This document shows, in pieces, positions 1 to 11,547 of a stretch of DNA of 64,000 nucleotides. Position numbers and translations under genes: made by a program. Below the pieces are notes generated by a model that did not search any database, was not told where the DNA came from, and worked only from the letters and a program-made list of their open reading frames with translations. The stretch's first letter is position 1, and every line of letters begins with the position of its first letter. The DNA comes from Macrostomum lignano (lineage: Eukaryota), in assembly GCA_002269645.1 (NCBI GenBank), contig NIVC01000572.1, positions 1-64,000 on the forward strand, given 5' to 3'.

Positions 1-398
1 ACCTACTGTCTTACGCGTCACTTTGCCTAATTTATAAATTTTCCTCCGAGGATGCGCGGGTGGCCTGCTCTGCAGGCCATAGCTCATGGTCTACGGCTTG
101 GGAATCATTTCGATGCTATTTCGAAAAAAAGTCTGCATAACCGTAGCTATGGCGACTTTGGCCTGCTGAGAGCGGCCATGACTATTATCTATACAGAAAA
201 CATTTGTAGATCACGGTCAATGAGTGTCTCTATCTGATGTAGTCTTTTTTTAATAAAAAACGATAAAAATTGTTATAACGTATAAATAATGTTTCACAGC
301 TAAACAGCAACAATTACATAACCTTTTTAAAAGCATATGGAATATCGTTTAAGTCAATTAATATGAGCTGCTTTTGGCTTTCAAAACTAAAAGCTAAT

Positions 399-887
399 TC
401 ATTTATATACCTGTGCGGCATGCCATTCGACAAAACAGGGCTGCTCACAGTCCAGGGTAGCCTTTACATGAGCCACAGCAGAAGACGGTTTACTTGGCCT
501 GGCCTTTATGTAGCACTGCCTGCACCGCTTTGTTGGTCGGGCTTGCGCTTCGGTGGCTTCAATGCGCTTCAGCGATTGCTGTTGTTGAGCCACTGCTGGC
601 TGCTGCTGCGCCCAAGCAGCTCGTTTACGACCTGGTCCCGAGGAGTCGATAAAGTTATTGATAATGGTTTTTAAAAACTTCAGAAACTTGAGTGTACCTC
701 CGCACGCAGGATTGGTACACAACCCAGCCGTTTCTGGCCAGCACAGGAAAAGGTGCGCGCCGAGCTTTTTAGGCCACTTCTGAGTCAGCCGGCATGGGCT
801 GTACATGTATGGCTGCAAAGCTGACTTTAATAATGTAGCTTCAAGCTTTTTTGATTTGTTGAATCCCACAATTTTACTTTTTGTCAT
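399..887 (-). mobile_element. piggyBac-like transposase C-terminal remnant
   Basis: ORF has IVGFNKSK...LQPYMYSPCRLTQKWPKKLGAHLF (cf. piggyBac YNxxMGGVD...RKTxKWxKKLFFHL) and a terminal Cys-rich KRCRQC...CEQPCFVEWH segment. GGVD motif is degenerate; no TTAA/TIR found. Confidence 0.6.
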
Positions 888-1079
888 TCATACCCACCCA
901 CCCGGCCATCAATCCAACTTTGTTTTTTCTTTCATGTTTATCCTTTATTGCTACGAGCATAGTATAAGCTAATCCGCTTGCTATCGCAGGCTACGGTGGT
1001 ATCAAATATGCTAAAATTGTCCACAAGCTCGCTGGTGAATAGAATCCCAACCACCCTTCCACTCTTTCATGCCACCGAC

Positions 1080-1590
1080 ATGCGACCGAAAGACTCGAAA
1101 AAGTGTCTCATAGCGTTATCCCTACTTTCGATTATGTCACTTACTGGCAGCTGGTTCGTCTGGAGAAATAACGCTCGGTCTAGACTGAAAGTTAGGAAAT
1201 CTATCAAGTACAATTTCTTGAAAAACGCATTGAGTGCACTCAATAACTGCAGTTCGGCATCAAAGATAATCAGCCCGACCGACTTTGCAAGATGCTTCGG
1301 AAGCGTCTGCCAAGGCCATCAGTGCATGACGGCTTTTGAGTCGGTGACCGACGGAGCCGACCGGGTGCCCGCGTTCGACACATCCTGTGGAAAGCGAGAA
1401 CGTGTCGGCCTACTTTGCCCGCCACTTGAGAAGGGCTCGCATTCAGCTGAGCTGGAAGTACGTTCTGTGGCGCGACCTGGACTTGGAGAAGTTCGTCGCC
1501 AAGCACTACACTGGGGCGCTGCGCAAGTTCCGGTCGTTGAGGCACAACATCATGCGCATCGACATGATCCGATACATGATCCTGCACCAC
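1080..1590 (+). pseudogene. GT32-family (Gly_transf_sug, DXD) type II membrane glycosyltransferase, first exon, two -1 frameshifts
   Basis: ATG 1080 gives a signal anchor (MRPKDSKKCLIALSLLSIMSLTGSWFVW). With -1 shifts near 1377 and 1394 it reads VPAFxHILWKxENV...SWKYVLWRDLDLEKFVAKHY...MRIDMIRYMILHH, then donor CAC|GTGAGT at 1591. The downstream GGxYxDxD exon was not found. Confidence 0.7.
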
Positions 1591-2090
1591 GTGAGTTCCA
1601 TAGAGTCTTCATTAATGAATCAAATAATTTGCAACTCGTGAAGTATATCAAAAGCAAAACGCTGGTTAGAGTTTTTTGCTTGGTGATTAATAGAATAGAA
1701 AGCTGAGAATCAACACTAAGGTTTCGCTTTGCTTGGCAATCCGAAATGCATCTTCGGGTTTCTTTTGCAACTAGAGAATAAAAAAGTGCAATTTAATAAC
1801 CAGTATATTTATTAGGCTGCCGCAATTTGTTGGCTGTAGGCAGACTTTTACTAGACGCAGAAAATGCATTATGTTATTAGAATGTCTAGAGCGCAGACAA
1901 CACAGAAATCGTGACATTCGCCACTTTGCATACACGCTGTGCTAGACTAGGAGACTGCTTTTCAATTTTTATTTAAAGGGCTTTAATGAGATGGTGCGTT
2001 TGAAGCCGGATTTTCAAAGATCTTCAAGCACTAGCTAATCGGATTTGACAGCGAAGTTAAATTTAAACCCCAGTGTGACTCAGTCCAGTG

Positions 2091-2339
2091 TCAATGGTGT
2101 GTATCGCATTTTTTTAATGGCCGGGCCCAGAGATGCTTTTTCTCGTGCCAGTCTCGGAAGATTTGGATTGCCCATTCTGCTTTCCTTTTTGTTGTCGAGG
2201 GCGAGCTCTCCTCAATCCCTCGCTGAACGTCAGCTTCTGTAAGTGTCTGGAATCGTCCCTTATTTTCACTGGAGCGCGCCAACTGTGACCCATTTTCTGT
2301 TTGTATCAGAGAGTCCAGTAGATCCGGAGAAATCTCCAT
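2091..2339 (-). mobile_element. Crypton/DUF3504-type tyrosine-recombinase element, N-terminal fragment
   Basis: RFQTLTEADVQRGIEESSPSTTKRKAEWAIQIFRDWHEKK matches the RFxxLxExE...NTxKxTxWAxxxFxxW N-terminus of Crypton/KCTD1-ZMYM-like proteins. Catalytic part absent. Confidence 0.55.
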
Positions 2340-2672
2340 ATCTGGGATCTCAAAATCGCCAGGATCGGAAGGTTAACCGTCTTTCATGTCGAATTGGACT
2401 CGCCAGAGAGTAAGATTGCGGATTGATTAGCTGCTTGAGATTTGTGATCGCCTGGCTGAGCCACACTTAGGTTCAAATCTAATAACACCCCCAGATTTGC
2501 TGTCTATGGCGTAAAGAATAGACTGCGCTTTTAGGCCGAGGCGCATCCTCAACCAGAAACAAATCTGGGGGGTTTCTTACTCGTACTCAACTATAAAACA
2601 AATACGTATAAAGATTTTCCGGGACATTATTTGCTTTCTCCGGATTTTATTTGTAATTACTCGATAACTGTA

Positions 2673-3729
2673 CTAGTTGGTAATGTAATCTCCCCTTGCG
2701 TTGATTACAGCTTGGCAATGGTCAACAAGTCGCTGAACCTCTCTTTTCAAGCAATCTTCGTCAAGGCCTCTTGCCCATTGCAACGCAGCTTCTCGAACTT
2801 CATTGTGGTCGCTGAACACTCGCCTGGAGAAATCAGTCTTCATCCAACTGAACAAAAAACGGTCGCACAAATTGAAGTCTGAGCTGTAAGGACTCTGAAA
2901 CACCAGCTGAACTCCACGGGACTCCATGTACTGCTGCACAGAACGAGCCACGTGAGGTCGCGCATTATCCCACTGCCAAAGAACATCCGACAGATGAATT
3001 GGCCTTGACCTGAGAGTACGCCATAGGTCTCCGGTGTGCCGAATGAACTCAACTATGCCATTTGCATCAACAGTTTGCTTTGGGGCTGTGGATTCAATGG
3101 AGAAGCGCTTGTTTGGAGTAAAAGCAACCAGAAGAATTGTCTTTGCATTGCCGACTGAGTGCCTGACAACCTGGGGCCGATGATCCCCTTGGCCAAGCCA
3201 GCACCTGTTGTTTTGCTTTGTGCCAGTGTTGTTCAGGTACACCCACGTCTCATCCTCCACCACGTACTTGTCGCAGAAGTTTTCCATGCCCTCGTTGTAA
3301 AAAAGCCTGCGAATTGCTTGGCACAATTGATGCGGGCAGTCTTGTTCTCCTCGGATAGAGCATGCGGAACCCAGACAGCAGAAACGTTTCGAAGGTGCAA
3401 ATCCTCAGTAAAAATTTCGTGCACTGTTGTTTTTCCAACTTCCAAAAAGTCAGCGAGGTCTCGGACACTAACTTTTGGATCCTCTTCAATAAGAGCTCGG
3501 CAGGTTTCGATCAGTTCCGCTGTCCTTGTTGACCGTGGCCGGCCAGTCCGAGGAGCTGAGACCGGGGGAAATGCTTCGTCACGGAACTTCGAATACCATC
3601 TGTAAACCGTTGACCGACCTGGTGCAGCATCTCCATAAACTTTGAGCAGCTCGTCATGGCAGCTGAGAGCGGAGATTCCAAGACGGTATCTAGCATAGGC
3701 ATAACCCTGGACAGCTGGAAGTCTTCCAT
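2673..3729 (-). mobile_element. mariner (DD34D) transposase, nearly full length, two -1 frameshifts
   Basis: ATG 3729; HTH GRSTVYRWYSKFR, linker GRPRS and WVPHAL. Catalytic EDETWVY, WQWDNARPH and QSPYSSDFNLCD, with 34 residues between D2 and D3. Frameshifts near 3712 and 3315. Confidence 0.92.
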
Positions 3730-4006
3730 TTTGAAGAACTTGCTGTCAAAATTTTCAAACTTGATCACCGCGTTGCATTTGCTATTGAGCACTTTATACT
3801 GAGCTCGCCCCAAGGACAACTTGATAACTCAGGACCGGAAACGAGCCAATTCATGGCGAAAAAAAAAGTATGAGGCTCGTTTAAAAGCATTGTTCTATGG
3901 CCCATCCAAAGCTACGAAAGCGAAGAAATCTGAGCTGAAAATTGAGTTCTTCGCATGCACTTGCAATTGAGATAGAGAACTTATATTCTTGCTGAAACTA
4001 AATATC

Positions 4007-4144
4007 ATGCCGAGAAAATGCAGCGTCATTTTCTGTTGTGCAAACTACAATAGTAACCGTGATCGGAATGTTGCAGTATTTTCGTTTCCTAAAGATGCAA
4101 CTGAACAAGATCGACTTGGCGACTGTCACTGCCTAATCAACTGA
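4007..4144 (+). mobile_element. THAP zinc-finger N-terminal fragment (P-element/THAP9-like remnant)
   Basis: Translates MPRKCSVIFCCANYNSNRDRNVAVFSFPKDATEQDR, then truncates. Matches the THAP start CxxxxC...F.FP.D. Confidence 0.55.
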
Positions 4145-4371
4145 CGGTAAGACTTTCTTCAAATGTGCTTTGTGAATCAGATTTAGCAAAACTTAGTAAG
4201 AAGCAAAACTTATTCATGCAAATCCATTAAAATGCACATTTCCTTAAGAACCAATTCCTTTCTGTTTTACAAACCATCTTATTCGTGTAAAATAGTGACG
4301 GATAAAGATGTTTGCTATGAATATTTTTTCTATAAGTAACAAAAGGAAAAAATAAAGCCATAACAAAGATA

Positions 4372-4423
4372 ACTAGCAAGCATCCCCCGATAGCAAGCAC
4401 CCCTAGATAGCAAGCATCCCCAG
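4372..4423. repeat. three copies of the 17-bp GATAGCAAGCATCCCCCA unit
   Basis: Same unit as the 11548-12660 array. Confidence 0.7.
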
Positions 4424-5152
4424 TGTACGAGTAGTGCGCTTGTGTGTGGCGAAAAACCTGGTCTCGTGGACCGTATATTTGAGCTATTATATAGACTCAC
4501 TGCCGACGTGCGGCTACAGTGTTACGCAATGATTGACGGGGCCAGTGCTAGTGCACGTTGGACAAGAGGGCTAAAGCTGGTCAGAGAAAAGCGTGAATGC
4601 ACAGAGGGGCGTACACTACACCCAGTATTTTTATTTTTAAGAGAAAATTGGTTCAAGAATGCAGCACTGTCTGGAAAACAATCCACTCACAAAGGGTGCT
4701 ATCATATCACCTGGACAGCATGACACAGTAGATAGCAATCAATTTTAACCATGAAAACGTGTGAGCGTCAGGATTTAATGTTTCCCCACTTATTTAGCGC
4801 CCTTTGTTGAAGTACTTATTAATTGAAAGGACGTAATTGGCAGCCTTCGTGATGGCGCTCTACTCTTCAGAGTGAATATAAATTGGCTGCTGCGACGCGA
4901 AAGTGCACTAAACTATCTGACTGCCTGTTCGTTTCTACTCATTTTGCTAATAAAACTCGTTCACAAAACGTTTACTCTATCTATTTCCCGTGAGCAAACT
5001 TAATTACCAAAGCTGGTTCCAGTGAGCAGCTTAGCCAAAATGTTTACACTGTGCTCCACTGTTTGTTCAGGTGGTTACGGAGCCCGGGCTGATCGAAAAA
5101 AGTCAGTATAAAGCAAGTGGAATCAAATCCGTTTGCAACTGATATAGCTCAT

Positions 5153-7448
5153 ATGCTTTCATTCAACACAATGAATAAGCAGATTAACTCGAGAACGAAC
5201 TCGGTTAGCGGAGGCGCTGACTGCCTCTGGTTTGACGCCGCCACATCTGAGTTGCTCACAGCGCGACTGCTTGAAGACGACGTTGAAGGAATGATCAGCC
5301 TTGCTGCAACTGCCAGCGGACCAGAATGCTGCTTGGAGGATCGGCTGAGCTGGAGGCTGGAGCACAGAGCAGCAGCTTCATCACAGCTCAGACCGCCAGC
5401 ATTTGCATGCGATCGGCTGCCGCAGCTGTGCGTCATTTTGTCCAGTCGGCGGGTTCTTGGCTACCTGGCGCTGACTCATCCCCAGCTCTTGCTGTTAACT
5501 GACAGGGACTCCGGGTCGAACCTGCTGCACTGCATGGCCGAGACCAGCTGCTCGGGAACTGCCGGCTACGAAGCTTTTCAAGCGGAGGCTTTTGAACTCC
5601 TGCGACACGTCGCGTGGACACCGTCTGAAGAAGATCCGTGGTCTGATAGGTAAGTGCGTGCTTTTGTTTTCTTTCTGCTCATGCACAAGCCTCATAGAGA
5701 CTGGGAGGAAGAGTTGAATGACTATAATGAAGGTGTGATTACGTCACAAACTTACTCATTAGAGGTAGACTCATTAGAAAGACGGTAAATTCTTCCATGA
5801 TGCACGCTGTACCTGTTGACTCCTATCTTAAATTTACAACTGACTGAAATGCAGCACTTGGCAACCGATCACCGCAGTCAATGAATCTTTATTAACGCAC
5901 AAAACCTCCAGCCCGCAGGTAAACCTGCTTCATCGGCTGTGTCGAATGGAAAATGCCCAAGGCCTGAGACCGTTGGAATTTTCCATGCTCATAGGCGCCT
6001 ATTTCAGCGTTCGACTCATCCTTGGCGTTGAGGGGTACCTGCTAATTAAGCAAGGTGCTCACGGAATTCGCGTGCGAAGTGCGTATGACTTTGCTGAGTA
6101 CGATCTGATGGACGGAGAGCGACGAGACAAGAACCCTCTGCTGATGCTGACGCGGATGTCGCCGGAGCAAGCGGACCAGTACGCACAGTCCGGCTTGCAG
6201 GATGCGCCAGTGATGAAGAAGTGGATCGATTTGACCAATAAAGACATGAAATGCACTTTGACGCTGCGTTTAGTAGCTTTGAGCATACTGGCCTCGTCCT
6301 TCACTCCGTTCAGCAACCGCTTCGACCTCATAGTGCCCATGGCAGCCATCGGCTATGAGCTTGAGACGGGCTTTGAGCGGTACACTGATCTGATCAAACT
6401 AGCTTTGAGTAGCTCAAACAGCAGCGATGGGTCAATGAACCACAGCATCACGGATCTAGAAAAGACTGTCCGAGCCAACTGCTCACCAGCGTCTCTGATC
6501 CACTACCTGACTGACAAGTCCAACCCGAACAATACCGACACGCTGTTCACGTCGCCACTCTGGGGTGTCCCAATTCAGAGGACAACGATTCTCGAAAACT
6601 GGTCAATTTCTCTGTTCATCCTGGGTCCAGTTCTAGTCATTCAACTCGCCGTTCTATTGCTCAACTGCTTCAAGGAGCTGCAATTTGCGCGGCGCTTCAG
6701 CCGATGGACACCGACGCACCGACGTCCGAAAGAGTATCTGGTACAGTCGCACTACTTCTTGACTGCTTACGTGCTCAGCTTCATGACAGGAATTATCTTT
6801 ATCATTGCCTCAATGACTCTGGAGAGATCCATTGACTGCACAGACTATGTGCTCGGCCGTAGGGGCCCACGAAACTTGCAGCTGACTGTGGCAGCAAATG
6901 TGTCCGAGTGCTCCGCAGTTCTGTACATATTCTTTACGCTATTTAGCGTACTCGAAACCTACGAGAGCGGATGCCGAAGCATGGCTTTTCTGTGCATCAG
7001 CTTCCGACGAGCCATTTCCAGATTTGTCGGCGTTCTGCCGCTCTTCATTCTGTGGACGTACATCGTGTTCGGCAGTCTGTTCTACATGACAGACGTTCTC
7101 GGCAAGGAGTTCGCGAAGCCGTACTCGGTGTTCTATTCACCGCTGCGTCTGCTGCTGAACATTGCCAGTCCGGCGCAGGACTTCACCAGCGTGGTACTGC
7201 ACACACTCTTCATTCTGGTGGTTGGCATCAACGCGCAGAACTTCATCATTGCCATCATATCGAACTCGTTCGACGAATCGGTCAACAAGTTCGATATGAT
7301 TTACACGCTGAGTTTGCTGAATAATTCGCTGCACACCTGGCAGTTGTATGGATGGCTCACTCGGATGTCGAGGCGCGCATGCGGCAGCAGAGAGAAGAAA
7401 AATGAGACTGGCTGCCTTGTCAGAGTGTGGAGCCTGAAGCCTCGATAG
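5153..7448 (+). CDS. divergent TRPV-like ion channel, copy 1; join(5153..5649,5912..7448), ~677 aa
   Basis: Phase-2 intron GATAG|GTAAGT ... CTCCAG|C joins the two ORFs in frame. Ankyrin-like NLLH motifs, several TM segments, S5-pore-S6 layout and NFIIAIISNSF (cf. TRP NLLIAMM.T). Confidence 0.75.
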
Positions 7449-7458
7449 CCGCAGGCAC

Positions 7459-8830
7459 ATGTATGAGATCTGTGAGCATTGACAATTTAACACCTCATGC
7501 ATGAGATCTCTGAGCATTGTCAATCCAATACCTCATGCATGAGATCTGTGAGCATTGTCAATCAAATACCTCATGCATGAGATCTGTGAGCATTGACAAT
7601 CCAATACCTCATCCATGAGATCTGTGAGCATTGTCAATCCAATACCTCATGCATGAGATCTGTGAGCATTGTCAATCCAATACCTCATGCATGATATCTG
7701 TGAGCATTGTCAATCCAATACCTCATGCATGAGATCTGTGAGCATTGTCAATCCAATACCTCATGCATGAGATCTGTGAGCATTGTCAATCCAATACCTC
7801 ATGCATGAGATCTGTGAGCATTGTCAATCCAATACCCCATGCATGAGATCTGTGAGTATTGTCAATCCAATACCTCATGCATGAGATCTGTGAGCATTGT
7901 CAATCCAATACCTCATGCATGAGATCTGTGAGCATTGTCAATCCAATACCTCATGCATGAGATCTGTGAGCATTGTCAATCCAATACCTCATGCATGAGA
8001 TCTGTGAGCATTGTCAATCCAATACCTCATGCATGAGATCTGTGAGCATTGTCAATCCAATACCTCATGCATGAGATCTGTGAGCATTGTCAATCCTATA
8101 CCTCATGCATGAGATCTGTGAGCATTGACAATCCAATACCTCATCCATGAGATCTGTGAGCATTGTCAATCCAATACCTCATCCATGAGATCTGTGAGCA
8201 TTGACAATTTAACACCTCATGCATGAGATCTGTGAGCATTGTCAATCCAATACCTCATGCATGATATCTGTGAGCATTGTCAATCCAATACCTCATGCAT
8301 GAGATCTGTGAGCATTGTCAATCCAATACCTCATGCATGAGATCTGTGAGCATTGTCAATCCAATACCTCATGCATGAGATCTGTGAGTATTGTCAATCC
8401 AATACCTCATGCATGAGATCTGTGAGCATTGTCAATCCTATACCTCATGCATGAGATCTGTGAGCATTGTCAATCCAATACCTCATGCATGAGATCTGTG
8501 AGCATTGTCAATCCAATACCTCATGCATGAGATCTGTGAGCATTGTCAATCCAATACCTCATGCATGAGATCTGTGAGCATTGTCAATCCAATACCTCAT
8601 CCATGAGATCTGTGAGCATTGTCAATCCAATACCTCATGCATGAGATCTGTGAGCATTGTCAATCCAATACCTCATGCATGAGATCTGTGAGCATTGTCA
8701 ATCCTATACCTCATGCATGAGATCTGTGAGCATTGTCAATCCAATACCTCATGCATGAGATCTGTGAGCATTGTCAATCCTATACCTCATGCATGAGATC
8801 TGTGAGCATTGTCATTCCAATACCTCATGC
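7459..8830. repeat. 38-bp minisatellite, ~36 copies, starting just after the channel stop codon
   Basis: Unit ATGAGATCTGTGAGCATTGTCAATCCAATACCTCATGC; period checked at 7681/7719. Confidence 0.97.
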
Positions 8831-9149
8831 AGCTATGCAAAAAAAGTAAAAACTTCGATCCTATGTCAGCTTGGACACAGCTAAAGCCTTCTGCAATTAA
8901 TAATTAGTCTGGTTTTCCCCACCAAAAATATTGAGACATCTCATATGTGTTCCGTCCTAGACCATTGGTAGATACTCAGATCGGCCCAGAGTGACAAAAT
9001 ACTTAGATTGTTCTGCACTTGTTGCCGGCTCAGCTAGTGTGGGAGCCATTTATGTCAACGGGATCACGTCGTTCTGGGCCGTTGGCCGTTGGTTTACCGT
9101 TCTATCAGGACTTACATGTACTTTCTTACCTTCTCCCTCACATACACAC

Positions 9150-9303
9150 ACCCTCAATTGTACCCATTTTACAGCTGGGTGGTCTGAAGCAAAGCAGAGT
9201 TAAGTGTCTTGCTAATGGGCACAAATTGTTCCGAGTGGATCGAGAATCGAATCCCTGACCTTCAAGCCGCGAGTCCGACGCTCAAACCACTGAGCACTAG
9301 GCT
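9150..9303 (-). mobile_element. tRNA-derived CORE-SINE
   Basis: Minus strand shows a tRNA head (A box TGCTCAGTGG, B box GGATTCGATTC). It is followed by GCAAGACACTTAACTCTGCTTTGCTTCAGACCACCCAGCTGTAAAATGGG, which aligns to the MIR CORE GCAAGTCACTTAACCTCTCTGTGCCTCAGTTTCCTCATCTGTAAAATGGG. Confidence 0.75.
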
Positions 9304-9801
9304 ACAACTTCATTGTATGCAAGGCAGTCTGCAAAAATTGAATTTAGAGAGCATACTGTACTTTCGCTTATTCGGCTTCCAGAAATATGAAAAAATGAAA
9401 ATGAATTAATATGAATGAAAATATGAATTAAGCAATTGTCGCACTTATAGCATTATATTTGCGTAAATCTACTCTCAATAATTTTTATCAAGCAGTTCAA
9501 GTCCCTGTACCAAGCCAAGGAAGGCAGCAAGGTGCATGTAGTAACTAACCCCGGCTTCTGTTTTCAAGCTGTTACATTTCCTGCTAGAAGAAAGGAGAAT
9601 CTGCTCTCTGGATTCACTGAAGCGGAACATCAGACGCCAAGCAACTACTGTAGCAATTATTAACCCACGTGATTTCATGCGTGTACGCTGCGTGCTAATA
9701 CGGGGCTACGCCAGCGAGATCGGCATGTATATACGAAGCATTCCGAACAACCTAAAACCGGGGACCCATTCCAAAACTTGGAGTCACGGAAGCTTATTCA
9801 G

Positions 9802-10766
9802 ATGCTTTCAAACAAAACTGGAAAAGCTGAACTGTGTGGCTCTGCCAGTGTGTTCACAGTGCAATACCTTGGCAGCTGCGGCATCAACCATGAGACCGCC
9901 TCATCATCAGTTTCTGATTGTTCCAACTCAACTACAAGTACAGGCTTCTCAATGAATTCGCCTGCTAAACATCTTTGGCAAGCCTGCAACGCTCCGGGCT
10001 CTGGGATCCAGTTGCGTAAGGCCTACATAGTGGTGACAACTGAGGGAATCAAGTTGCACCTGTGTCAGCGCAAGAGGACGCAAAGAACGACAGTGACGAG
10101 AGAAAATTCGTCACTCCGCTGCACCGGCTTCCGTGTTGCTGCATTGTTGAGGATGTTGATCCGAGAATTTTCGCTTGGGTTGAACAGACGGAAGCGAATG
10201 AAACTGTGAAGGAGGCTGTGACGGAGTCAACGCCATCTTCAGTTGATGCGACTGCGGGCCAAGAGCCTGCAGCGGCTGCATCGTCCAACCTGTACCGACA
10301 AGCGAACCAGGGGAAGCAGAAACGGTTCGAGTCACATGCAGTTTCGACAAGGTAACTAACAAAAATATTCCGATTTGCAAATATTAAAAAGCGTTTCCCT
10401 AGCTACATGTATTGCTACAAGGTTAAGAGCCATTCTACTGCTTTGAAAACCAATTATGTTGATTTAGAAACTCAAGTAGAAATAAGCCAAGGTCAGTCTA
10501 TTAGTGGATCATATAAAAATTAACTTGTCCACTAAATCGCTACATCCATCTTCAGTAGACACCAGCCGACGCAGATCAGTGAGAAGACTCAGCATCAGCA
10601 GCAACAGCAGCATCAGCCCAGATTCATTTGCCACGCAGCTGCCTTCCCGCGGCCAGACCTGGCTATAAAGATGCAAAGCCTGACGATGCACTTTATCGCG
10701 ACGGTTCACCGGGACCAGCAGCTGGCCAGAGCTCGACAGCTAAGGCGAGCCGCTCAACAGGTGTAA
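9802..10766 (+). CDS. PTB/PID-domain protein (FAM43-like); exons ~9802..10351 and 10556..10766, one -1 frameshift near 10060
   Basis: Motifs FTVQYLGS, IVVTTEGIKL, PLHRL..C..EDVDPRIFAWV and FICHA...PDLAIKM follow FAM43A PTB order. Phase-2 intron AG|GTAACT ... TTCAG|T. Confidence 0.65.
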
Positions 10767-11547
10767 TCTACGATGCAGAAAGGTCTGTACGCAGCTCGAT
10801 GGAAATACCTGCACCTGGCGAGTCCAACGAAGTGGAGACGAGCTCCTCTACGTAAATATCAAAGAGTAAAAACTCAACCGATTCATAATAGCAGTGACAT
10901 GAATTGGAAATCATTTTGACGATACCACCATGTTTATCTAAGCGGTCAGGTACTTATTTGTAGGTTAGAAGCAAGTTTTCGTGTTTCATTAAATATTGCT
11001 TCCCAATTGAAACACAAGGCGTACTACTTACAGTAGGCTAGTAAAGCTATGCCAATTTGTGATTTTGTTTTGTGTAGTTGATATTCAGATAAGAGTGCTA
11101 GAAATAAACGACATGTAAATTAGTACCTAACTTATAATTTAGCACTCATTCATTCGCTGCCGCTTGCATAACCATCTGGTGCAGCAACTCCTGTTCCTAA
11201 GCTCTTCATCAGGTTGTTTAGACCTACCTAAACACCCAGAAAAATTGGGATTAGTTTTTGCCATTATCCCATTGTTTCTACCCAACGTACATTTACCGCA
11301 TGTACAAATTTCATCGCGAGACTGCTTTAGCATACGAGTATAATAGCATCTGTGCTGGACAAAATGATGAAGTCAAATATTGGGATTACATGGTTTCAGT
11401 CGCCTTTAGTATAGTACTAGCAATCTTTGCCCCCCGATGGGGGACATCTGGATAGAATCCTTGTTCTTTACAAATAACAAATAGACAGTGAAATAAAGCC
11501 TTCATAAAAAACAACAGACATTCCCTCTTAAAAACAAAACATCCCAA

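Noticed and set aside
2580-3900. Terminal inverted repeats for the young mariner
   Set aside because: No convincing matching pair found by eye. TATGAGGCTCGTTTAAAA near 3870 is in the wrong orientation for this element's right end.
7459-8830. CRISPR-like appearance of the 27-48-bp arrays (also 19868, 41216, 43290, 62115)
   Set aside because: Units are head-to-tail with no unique spacers, there are no cas genes, and the context is eukaryotic.
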